Positions 55,852-64,000 of a stretch of DNA of 64,000 bases are shown here, one piece after another (position 1 is the stretch's first letter; each line of letters opens with the position of its first letter). The translations under genes and the position numbers were made by a program. Under the pieces are notes generated by a model that saw nothing but the letters and a program-made list of their open reading frames with translations, searched no databases and was not told where the DNA came from. This stretch comes from an uncultured Verrucomicrobiae bacterium (lineage in GTDB: Bacteria; Verrucomicrobiota; Verrucomicrobiia; Chthoniobacterales; JAFAMB01): the NCBI GenBank assembly GCA_963837955.1, contig CAWIPH010000002.1:1984001-2048000 (forward strand), read 5' to 3'.

Positions 55852-57228
55852 TCAGCGGATCAAATCAACTGGAGAGTAGATGTATCCCGTAGAGGTCCAT
55901 AGGTACATGACTCCACGCGAAAAGCCGTTCAATGCACTGTTTGCGTCCTGACTCGTGCCGATTACCGTGTCGTCCACTTGACATAAAACCATCCCAATTT
56001 TGAGCCCGAGCTTATCGGCGGCGCTTCCCATTTCGACCTGGGTCAATAGAGCACCGTGAACTTTCGCGGGTATCGCGTAGAGCCGGCGTGCCTCATCGGT
56101 GAGCTCGCCAAATCGGACACCGGCCAGCAATGATTTCCTGGAGCCGGCCGATTTTTCGATTCCCGGTTCCTTCAATCGCGTGAGACGCATCCGGCTGTTA
56201 AGGATCGAACCGCTGCGATAGGTCGCAAACGAAACCTCGGAGTCTGGCTGGGAGAAGGTAATCAATTCCCGAAGCTGGATGGAATTTGAGACAGGCTGTC
56301 CATTAAACTGCTGGATAACATCCTTCACCCGAAGTCCAGCTCCTTGGGCGGGGCTATTCGGCGCTACCTCTGTGACAAGTACGCCCACGGTCTTTTGCGG
56401 CAATGAAAGCATTGCCGCCAGGTCCGGCGTGAGGTCCTGGAACGCTACTCCGGCATAGGCCCGATCGACTTTTCCGTTGCTCTTCAGCTCTTCGTAGACG
56501 CTTTTCACCAACGCAGAAGCGATGGCGAATCCCAGGCCAGTATTTACTTTGCTGTTGAAGACAGGCACGTACATCGAATTGATGCCGACCAGCTTACCGT
56601 CCACGTCTACCAAAGCACCGCCGGAGTTACCCGGGTTAATTGCGGCGTCAGTTTGAATGTAGTCTTCGTTGGCGGAATTGTTCAGAGAACGCCCGACAGC
56701 ACTGATAACCCCAAGAGTGACAGAGTTGGCAAAGGAGAGCGGATTGCCAATCGCTAGTACGAAATCTCCGACGTGATAACTTCCAGAGTCCGCAAACGTC
56801 AAGGTCGGCAGATTGTTGTCGTTGATTTTGATCAGCGCAAGGTCGGTCTGCGGATCTAAGCCTACGATCGTGGCCTGATAATTTTTGCCAACATCCTCTC
56901 GTTTGACCGTGATGTGTGTGGCGGTCTTAATGACGTGATAATTTGTGACGATGTATCCGTCGGGAGACAAAATAACGCCCGATCCGGTCACCGAATCCTT
57001 GCCGTTCGAGTCGTCCTGTTGGTCTGACTCGTTGTTGCTCTCCACCTTTCCGACCATTCCGGAAGCGGTAATGGAGACTACGGCCGGCGCAACCCGTTGA
57101 ATGAGTGGGGCGAAACCGCGGCGGTCGGTAGCCGGCAGTTCTGCGCGAACGCCACTAATGAGCTGCAGTATCAGAATGAAAGGTGCGATGCGCCAAACAG
57201 GAGAAGGTTGGCGAGGGCACGTTGGCAT
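55852..57228 (-). CDS. HtrA/DegP-like serine protease with PDZ domains
   Basis: GSGVI, TNYHV, TDLAL, IQTDAAINPGNSGG, two PDZ-like regions. Confidence 0.92.
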   Translation of the reverse strand: MPTCPRQPSPVWRIAPFILILQLISGVRAELPATDRRGFAPLIQRVAPAVVSITASGMVGKVESNNESDQQDDSNGKDSVTGSGVILSPDGYIVTNYHVIKTATHITVKREDVGKNYQATIVGLDPQTDLALIKINDNNLPTLTFADSGSYHVGDFVLAIGNPLSFANSVTLGVISAVGRSLNNSANEDYIQTDAAINPGNSGGALVDVDGKLVGINSMYVPVFNSKVNTGLGFAIASALVKSVYEELKSNGKVDRAYAGVAFQDLTPDLAAMLSLPQKTVGVLVTEVAPNSPAQGAGLRVKDVIQQFNGQPVSNSIQLRELITFSQPDSEVSFATYRSGSILNSRMRLTRLKEPGIEKSAGSRKSLLAGVRFGELTDEARRLYAIPAKVHGALLTQVEMGSAADKLGLKIGMVLCQVDDTVIGTSQDANSALNGFSRGVMYLWTSTGYIYSPVDLIR

Positions 57229-57238
57229 CGAATCGAGA

Positions 57239-57589
57239 CTACACGAGGGGGATGTCTTGCCGATCTTCAAAGACGGCTAGCTCCGTTCCCTGAGGGTGCC
57301 GGTGCCACCCAGTGTAGTATCGACCGTCGCCTGCTATCGCGGTGCCGAGAAGCACGTCGGTGTGTGGCCCGTACACCCCGTTTTCGTTTACGACGAAATG
57401 GTGACCGACCACTTCAGGCTGAGTAGCCCGAGGATACGGTTCCAAGGGAAGATGCCCCAATTCTTCGAGTCGTGCCACTGGGATGCGATACTCTTTAGCG
57501 ACCTCTTCCGGCAGCTCGTAGACAAAACCGTCCGGCCCGGTAAGAAAAATTGTGCCTAAAGGTTGTGGGAACAAACTTGGTTTACTCAT
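57239..57589 (-). CDS. small His-rich hypothetical protein
   Basis: ATG with an AAGAAAAGGT upstream; stop 10 bp before the htrA start; GHH, HTD, WHRHP. Confidence 0.7.
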   Translation of the reverse strand: MSKPSLFPQPLGTIFLTGPDGFVYELPEEVAKEYRIPVARLEELGHLPLEPYPRATQPEVVGHHFVVNENGVYGPHTDVLLGTAIAGDGRYYTGWHRHPQGTELAVFEDRQDIPLV

Positions 57590-57732
57590 ACCTTTTCTTA
57601 AGGACGGACGCGGTGCCCCGGGAAACTTGCAGACTTTACAGGAAAACTATGGAGAAAGAAGGGTTCTACATCGTCTCACAAATATTGAAATGATGCAGCA
57701 GGTTCTGACGAGTGTTTATTTCCGGAGATCGT

Positions 57733-59559
57733 ATGGCATTGCCTGAGCCGAAGAACCCGCAATCTGACATTGCCCTCCTGCTTCGTTTTCGGCGGTATTT
57801 TGTTCCCTATTTGCTTCCTGCCGGGGCCCTTATCGTTCTGGCGCTGATTCAGGCTAATCTGACTTTGCTGGCAACCGCGACCGGGCAGCGGCTGCTTGAC
57901 CATTTTCTGCACATCGTTCCCGCGGCGTCCGCTGGGCAAACCGAGAACGCTTTCCGAACCGAAGAGCTTCGAGGAGCATTGCAGATGGCGGGCTGGTTGT
58001 TGGCAGCGGCAGCGGTCGGCGTAGGCGCAAGCCAAGCTCGCAGCGCGATCCACGAAAGATTCACGGTGCGGCTGCAGCGAGAAGTCCTCGACAGTCTAAT
58101 CCACGAAGATGGCGAAGCCCGCGCTTCCCGCCAGAGCGGGTCGACTCTGCGGACGTATATTTCCGATGCGTCGAGTCTTAGCGCTTTTCTAGTATTTGGC
58201 ATAGTCGGGGTAGGGGAACACCTGGTTCGTTTGATCACTTACGTCGTCGGCCTGTGGGGCATTCCGGGCGGTTGGAAAATTGTGTTCGTAGTGGGTGGTC
58301 TAGGAATTCTTTTTCAGACTTTTGTAATCAAGGCGTTTGCCAGGGCCGAGCGAAAGACCGGAGAAAAGGCTGATCAACTGAGTGAGAACCTTTTCAATAA
58401 GGCTAGCCGGTATTTCGAAGTGTTGGAGCGTCTCCTATTTTTCGGAGGCGAAAGAACGGTCGCGAAGGAAATGAATGAATGCGCGCGAGAAGGAGCAAAG
58501 GTCAAACGCAAGTCACTCCTGCTCTCGGCCAGTCGCGAAGCTGTCTCCGGGATATTGATTACGATCTCCTTACCGCTCACGGTGCTGCTGCTCTTAGGGT
58601 CGCCCGGCTTCTCTCCCGGATCCGTGGTGCAAGCGCAGATGCTTACTAATCTCTTCTTGTTGTCGATCGGGGCGCTTTGTGCGGTTCCAGCCACGCTTCG
58701 CCAATTTGTTCCGGGCTTGCATCGAATCAACGCGTTGCTCCAGATCCCGCGGTCTCCGGAACCGCCCGCTGCAGTCGATGCTCTAGCTGACCAAAGCTGT
58801 GGCGCCGCTCTCCGAGTACGCGGACTCCAATTTGCGTTCTCTGGAAATGGAAAAGAATTATTTCGCGACTTCGACATCGAGATCCCGGCCGGAGCGATTG
58901 TCGGCTGGGTTGGTCGTTCCGGCTGCGGCAAATCGACTTTGGCAAAGCTGCTTGTGGGTGACCTGCGCCCAAGCGCGGGCTCGATTTGGATCGACGAGGA
59001 AGAGATTACACACTGGCCGATTCATTGGCGCAGACGCGTCATCGGCTATCTGCCAACCGGGTTCGGTTTTTTGGATGGAACTCTGGAACAAAACGTTCTT
59101 TTTGGCCGCCCAAAAGAAGCTGTCGGCGATGTGCGAGCCGCTCTTGATTTGTCTGGTGTGACCGACTTCATGCAGGAGCAAAAAATCGATCTGAGCTACA
59201 AAATCCGAAGTCTGTCCGGGGAAGGTTTTCTTTCTTTTGGTCAACGTCGCCGAGTCGGTCTGGCCCAATTATTGTGCGGTAGAAACCGTTTGGTCATCCT
59301 CGACGAACCGGGAGCGAGCCTTGATCCTCAATCGATGCAAAGGATCGCTCACAACCTGCGCTGGGCTCTCGCCAATCGGACCGCGATTGTCATTACGCAT
59401 GACCCCGATATTTTCGAAACAGATTTCAACATTTTCTTCATAAATGGGGAAATCGCCGATATCGGTCCACACGAAGATCTGTTGTTGCGCAACGCGCAAT
59501 ACGCCGAGTTGATCCGGACCGTCATGGCGGATCGCGGGAAGCAAAGGGGAGGAGCGTGA
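57733..59559 (+). CDS. ABC exporter, fused permease/ATP-binding
   Basis: N-terminal TMs; Walker A GRSGCGKST, signature LSFGQ, Walker B VILDE, H-loop ITHD. Confidence 0.88.
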   Translation: MALPEPKNPQSDIALLLRFRRYFVPYLLPAGALIVLALIQANLTLLATATGQRLLDHFLHIVPAASAGQTENAFRTEELRGALQMAGWLLAAAAVGVGASQARSAIHERFTVRLQREVLDSLIHEDGEARASRQSGSTLRTYISDASSLSAFLVFGIVGVGEHLVRLITYVVGLWGIPGGWKIVFVVGGLGILFQTFVIKAFARAERKTGEKADQLSENLFNKASRYFEVLERLLFFGGERTVAKEMNECAREGAKVKRKSLLLSASREAVSGILITISLPLTVLLLLGSPGFSPGSVVQAQMLTNLFLLSIGALCAVPATLRQFVPGLHRINALLQIPRSPEPPAAVDALADQSCGAALRVRGLQFAFSGNGKELFRDFDIEIPAGAIVGWVGRSGCGKSTLAKLLVGDLRPSAGSIWIDEEEITHWPIHWRRRVIGYLPTGFGFLDGTLEQNVLFGRPKEAVGDVRAALDLSGVTDFMQEQKIDLSYKIRSLSGEGFLSFGQRRRVGLAQLLCGRNRLVILDEPGASLDPQSMQRIAHNLRWALANRTAIVITHDPDIFETDFNIFFINGEIADIGPHEDLLLRNAQYAELIRTVMADRGKQRGGA

Positions 59560-59564
59560 GAAGG

Positions 59565-59830
59565 AATGGAGTGATGGAGTGATGGAGGAATGGAGTGATG
59601 GAGTGATGGAGTGATGGAGGAATGGAGTGATGGAGTGATAGGAGTGATGGAGTGATGGAGTGATGGAGTGATGGAGTGATGGAGTGATGGAGTGATGGAG
59701 TGATGGAGTGATGGAGTGATGGAGTGATGGAGTGATGGAGTGATGGAGTGATGGAGTGATGGAGTGATGGAGTGATGGAGTGATGGAGTGATGGAGTGAT
59801 GGAGTGATGGAGTGATGGAGTGATGGAGTG
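59565..59830 (+). repeat. 8-bp tandem array (GATGGAGT)n, about 33 units
   Basis: Directly visible, with a few variant units near the 5' end. Confidence 0.97.
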
Positions 59831-60063
59831 GCGGGAAGTGACGGAGGTTTTACTCGGCGGATCGCCGCTAGCGCCGAAGGCGCGTTTCAGGAAAGCCTAG
59901 GGTGAAGCCCTAGGAATCGGGAAAATTAAAGCGATTCAGCGCTGAAAGCGCGCGACAACACCGGCAGTTTCCATCTCAACCGATTGTAAGCTTGGACCTG
60001 AAGGAGTCTTGCTGTCGGTCTTTTTTTCGGGAATCGCAACAATCGGTTCGAGCCGAGTTGAGC

Positions 60064-61471
60064 GAGGGTGTCTGAAAATTTGTGTGTGGGTCACAACCTG
60101 AGGTAAGAGATGGAAGTGACCAAGAAGAAGGAGCGAGAAGAGTCGGGCCAGGAAGGCAAGAAGGGGATTGATCCGGCGATCATTGAAGAGTTGATGAAAG
60201 GGTACCAGCGACCGGAAGATCTGACCGGTCCTGGAGGGATCATGGAGCAACTGACCAAGCGTTTGTACGAAACGGGTGCTTGGGACGGAGATGACGCACT
60301 ATCTGGGCTACGAGAAGGGCCAGGCGCCCAAGCTCGAAGAAGGCCAGGAACGGGAGAGCCATCGCAACGGGACGAGCAAGAAGACGATTGTTAGCGAGGA
60401 TGGCAAGTTAGAGATTGAAGTGCCCCGAGACCGAGCTGGGGAGTTCGAGCCGCAGTTTATCCGTAAGGGTCAGCGTCGGTTCGGAGGATTCGATTCCAAG
60501 ATCATCGCGATGTACGCCCAGGGCATGACGGTACGTGAGATCAAGGCGTTCCTGGAAGAGCAATACAAGGTGGAGGTCTCGGCTGAACTGATCAGCACGG
60601 TGACTGACTCGGTCATCGATGATGTGTTGGAGTGGCAGAACCGGCCACTGGAGCGGATGTATCCGGTCGTGTTTTTTGACGCTCTACGGGTCAAGATCCG
60701 CGACGAAGGAACGGTCAAAAACAAGGCAGTTTACCTGGCCTTGGGCATCCAACGCGACGGCACCAAAGATGTGCTGGGACTCTGGATCCAGCAAAGCGAG
60801 GGAGCCAAGTTTTGGCTTGCGGTGATGAACGAGCTCAAGCACCGCGGGGTGCAGGATATCCTGATCGCAGTCATTGACGGGCTGAAAGGTTTTCCGGAAG
60901 CAATTACAGCCGTTTTTCCTGAGACCCAGATTCAGACTTGCATCGTGCATCTGATCCGCAACTCGCTGTCCTTCTGCAACTGGAAACAGCGGCAGCCGGT
61001 AGCCCGGGAACTCAAGCGCATTTATAACGCCGAGACGGCCGAACTGGCGGCCAAACGGCTGGAGGAGTTTGGCAATAGCGAGTGGGGCAAAAAACTGCCG
61101 GCCATCCTCCAGAGCTGGCGAAGAGTCTGGGAGCAAGTCATCCCCTTCTTTGTTTATCCGGCCGAGATCCGCAAAATCATTTATACCACCAACGCCATTG
61201 AGAGTCTGCACATGCAACTCCGCAAGGTGCTCAAAAACCGAGGGCACTTTCCCAGCGACGAAGCAGCGACCAAATTGATTTACCTGGCCTTACGCAACAT
61301 CACCAAGAAATGGAAAAACCCGCCGATAACCTGGAAGCTGGCGGCGACCCAGTTTGCCATTCAATTCGGCGAGCGATTTTTCGCGGCTGACGCCGCCTAA
61401 AAAAGATGAGAAAAGTCGAGACTTAGAAAGCAAAGCCAAATCGACCCGCACACAAAAAAGCGGACACTACC
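60064..61471 (+). mobile_element. IS256-family insertion sequence
   Basis: Imperfect TIRs GAGGGTGTCTGAAAATTTGTGTG / CACACAAAAAAGCGGACACTACC; duplicated AGTTGAGC at 60056-63 and 61473-80. Confidence 0.92.
60110..61400 (+). pseudogene. IS256 transposase with a +1 frameshift near 60271
   Basis: N-terminal ORF (..MEQLTKRLYE) and main ORF (VLGTEM..RNG..PRDR..DAL..DGLKG..TTNAIES) join if one A in TACGAAACGGGTG is removed. Confidence 0.8.
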
Positions 61472-61636
61472 AAGTTGAGCCGCGCCTTCAGCGCTTCACG
61501 TCTTGGTTGTATGAATTCCTAGGGCTTCACCCTAGGCTTTCCTGAAACGCGCCTTCGGCGCTGAGGAGCGCCGATCGCCCAACGAATCCTAGTGGCATAT
61601 TCACGGTCGGCGACTCCGATCATTCCTACCCCCGGC

Positions 61637-61721
61637 ACTCCATTACTCCATTACTCCATTACTCCATTACTCCATTACTCCATTACTCCATTACTCCATT
61701 ACTCCATTACTCCATTACTCC
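61637..61721 (+). repeat. 8-bp tandem array (ACTCCATT)n, about 10.5 units
   Basis: Directly visible; reverse complement AATGGAGT is one base from the left-array unit. Confidence 0.97.
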
Positions 61722-61891
61722 GAGGATCCCGTGCTCCCTGTTCCCTCTCTGCTCTCGAATTTTTCGAAGAAATACTGCAAGCGGCGCTCTTCAAGGCGTC
61801 TACGTTTCGCGAACAGCGTGTCCGCAATACCGGATTGCGTTTGTCGCCAAATACCAGATCCTGTACAAGCGCTGGTTGAACGAGCGTCTTC

Positions 61892-62677
61892 GTGAAAACG
61901 AAACAAAGCGTCGGCAAGGAAGGGGGTGCGCATTTTCGCACTACCGAGTGGGATCTCGTTCTTCATTCTGGGGACATGAACTCGTCCGAGTACGACCGCT
62001 GCCTGTCGGAGCTCTGTTCTCGCTACTGGTATCCGCTTTACAATTTCGCGCGTTTTACCGGTCTTTCCAACGAGGACGCCGAGGATGTGACGCAAGGTTT
62101 TTTCCGGCATCTTCTGGAAAAAGGGGGGCTACAGACTGTTCATCCTGCCAAGGGCCGATTTCGGTCATTTCTCTTAGCTTCTTTCCGCAATCACCTCTCG
62201 ACGCTGCGGCAATACGCGTCCGCGGAGAAACGAGGCGGAGGACAGCCATTGATCGAGCTTGATGCCCATGAACCGGACGATCGCCACCATCTGGAGCCGG
62301 CTGACGACCTAACGGCTGAAACTTTTTTCGACGCGAACTGGGCTCAAATCCTGATTGAGCGCGTCACGCTTCATCTCGCCGAGGAGTACCGGCGAAGCCG
62401 CAAGTCGGAACAATTCGATGTTTTGCGCCGCTATCTCGAGCTCGGCTGCGAACCAAACGCCGAATCTTATGAAAGAGCTGGTCCGGCTCTGGGCCTGTCT
62501 GGCAACGGCGTTAAGACTCTGGTTTTTCGAATGCGGCAACGGTTTGCTGCGCTGATGCGGCAGGAGGTCGCGCAGACGTTGTTGGATCCGGGTGATATCG
62601 ACGCGGAAATGCATTCTCTTTATTCGGCGCTGCGAGCCACCGAGGGTCGATTGAGAAATGAACTCCGAACCCGATGA
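61892..62677 (+). CDS. ECF sigma factor (kinase-associated type)
   Basis: FRTTEWDLV, YWYPLY, DAEDVTQGFF, GRFRSFL, KRGGG, VKTLVFRMRQRF. Confidence 0.9.
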   Translation: MKTKQSVGKEGGAHFRTTEWDLVLHSGDMNSSEYDRCLSELCSRYWYPLYNFARFTGLSNEDAEDVTQGFFRHLLEKGGLQTVHPAKGRFRSFLLASFRNHLSTLRQYASAEKRGGGQPLIELDAHEPDDRHHLEPADDLTAETFFDANWAQILIERVTLHLAEEYRRSRKSEQFDVLRRYLELGCEPNAESYERAGPALGLSGNGVKTLVFRMRQRFAALMRQEVAQTLLDPGDIDAEMHSLYSALRATEGRLRNELRTR

Positions 62678-64000
62678 AGAGGCTAAAGCGACTGATGACC
62701 AGACGGTCGCGCGCGGGCAGCGGGACCAAAAAGATCAACCGACGCAGCCAAATCGGTCTCCTCCAATCGACCCGGATTCTGCGTCGACGCCGCACCCCGG
62801 GCTCGGGGCAGCTCAAGAAGCCGGCCATTTCGTGCTGGTTGCTGATCCGCAGACCATCGTTTCAGCGGTAAGTCAGAGCCAGTACCAGCATTTTGCCATC
62901 GAAGTCGGCCCTGATGGCGAGCCTGTGGAGTTGGGCAGAGGTGCGATGGGCGTGACCTATCGCGCCATTGACACAACGCTCCAGCGCCCGGTCGCGCTGA
63001 AAGTGATTTCCTCCCGTTTGATCGACAATGAAGTATTGAAAAGCCGGTTTATCCGCGAGGCGCGCGCGGCCGCTTCGTTACGGCACCCCAACGTAGCTTC
63101 CGTCTTTTACTTGGGCTCGACGGAGTCTTCCTATTTCTACGCGATGGAGCTGGTGACAGGCGAAACGCTCGAACAGTTCATTGGAAAAAACGGCCCGCTT
63201 GATCCGATTTTAGCAATCGATATCACGGCGCAGGTCACCTCAGCGTTGGTGGCAGCAGATCAAGCCGGTCTCGTCCACCGCGATATCAAGCCGGCCAACC
63301 TGATCCTGACGAGAGACGAAAAACAGCGCGTGCTGGTGAAAGTGGTTGATTTCGGGTTAGCGAAGGTAGCGGCGGAACAGGGTACTGACTCCGGTATCTC
63401 TGATCCCGGCGCATTTTTGGGAACGCCTCGTTACGCCAGCCCCGAACAGTTCAGCGGTGGCAAGATAGACATCCGTTCCGACCTTTATGCGGTCGGGATC
63501 ACCCTGTGGCAGATGTTGACCAAAGCGACGCCATTCAACGGGACCCCAACTCAAGTGGCTGCGCAGCACCTCCAGTCTGCCTTGCCGATCGGCGAACTGC
63601 GTCATATACCCTATCCGATTGTTAGTTTGCTAACTCATCTGCTGGAGAAAAATCCCGATGACCGGCCGCATACACCGGAAGAACTGTTAGCACTGCTGAA
63701 TTCGACCCGGCGCGCTATCGGCGGACAGGTAGGAGCCACAGAAGCGATGCCACCACGGCTTCTGCCGAGACGACGAAGAATTGGTAAGGGAGCGTTTCTC
63801 GCAGCTGCTGTCGTAGCCTTGATTGGTAGCGCAGCATTACTCGTCCGGTTCTTTCCTTCGCATCCGGTGCACGATCTAAAGTCAGTAGCGGTGTTACCGT
63901 TTGATAACGTAGGCGACGATAACCAGAATGCCTATCTCAGCGACGGTTTGACGGCCGAAGTAATCTTTCAACTGTCCAGGATTGCCGATTTGCGGGTGAT
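62658..64000 (+). CDS. Ser/Thr protein kinase with TM and TolB-like (SVAVLPF) domain; truncated by the window edge
   Basis: Not in the ORF track (no stop in window); ATG 62658 in frame with LGRGAMG, VALK, HRDIKPAN, DFGLAK, GTPRYASPE, SVAVLPFDN. Confidence 0.9.
   Translation, partial: MNSEPDEEAKATDDQTVARGQRDQKDQPTQPNRSPPIDPDSASTPHPGLGAAQEAGHFVLVADPQTIVSAVSQSQYQHFAIEVGPDGEPVELGRGAMGVTYRAIDTTLQRPVALKVISSRLIDNEVLKSRFIREARAAASLRHPNVASVFYLGSTESSYFYAMELVTGETLEQFIGKNGPLDPILAIDITAQVTSALVAADQAGLVHRDIKPANLILTRDEKQRVLVKVVDFGLAKVAAEQGTDSGISDPGAFLGTPRYASPEQFSGGKIDIRSDLYAVGITLWQMLTKATPFNGTPTQVAAQHLQSALPIGELRHIPYPIVSLLTHLLEKNPDDRPHTPEELLALLNSTRRAIGGQVGATEAMPPRLLPRRRRIGKGAFLAAAVVALIGSAALLVRFFPSHPVHDLKSVAVLPFDNVGDDNQNAYLSDGLTAEVIFQLSRIADLRV

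Larger units (their letters stand above)
59870..61562. repeat. REPIN family C with IS256 inserted
   Basis: Left arm from 59870 and right arm ending 61562 match 14357-14553. Confidence 0.85.

Noticed and set aside
59565..59830. Possible CRISPR array
   Set aside because: Pure 8-bp tandem repeat with no unique spacers, and no cas genes in the window.
61592..61879. ORF with LLHYSITP repeats (also ICHLSFV repeats at 18410-18790)
   Set aside because: Translations of 8-mer and 7-mer DNA arrays.

Overview
Bacterial chromosomal window. Gene content and repeat style suggest a soil Verrucomicrobiota/Chthoniobacterales-like genome (inference only). 1-21 kb: tRNA-Ala(CGC), tyrosine catabolism (hppD, IclR regulator, hmgA), arginase-family gene, cbs-cgl, a RAYT transposase, thrC, antiporter, HPr, ROK regulator and small accessory genes, with dense REP/REPIN-like palindromes between them. 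21-46.6 kb: a divergent PstS/DING-like binding protein and a 4089-aa TpsA with TpsB, DUF2341-ExbB, ExbD, TonB-C, porin, coiled-coil protein and PPIase (gene order like the P. aeruginosa pdtAB-exbB2D2 locus), followed by a 182-aa head-to-tail miniature of the TpsA. 47-49 kb: an IS110 inserted in a REP hairpin; its non-coding left end holds a readable bridge-RNA-like structure with target- and donor-matching segments. 49-59.5 kb: two tandem TIR-TM-TPR receptor-like genes converge on a TPR-S/SLOG-like/atypical class III cyclase, followed by HtrA, a small His-rich protein and an ABC exporter. 59.5-64 kb: inverted 8-mer arrays enclose a REPIN carrying a frameshifted IS256, then an ECF sigma and a Ser/Thr kinase that runs off the window. 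All calls come from reading motifs by eye; no searches were run.
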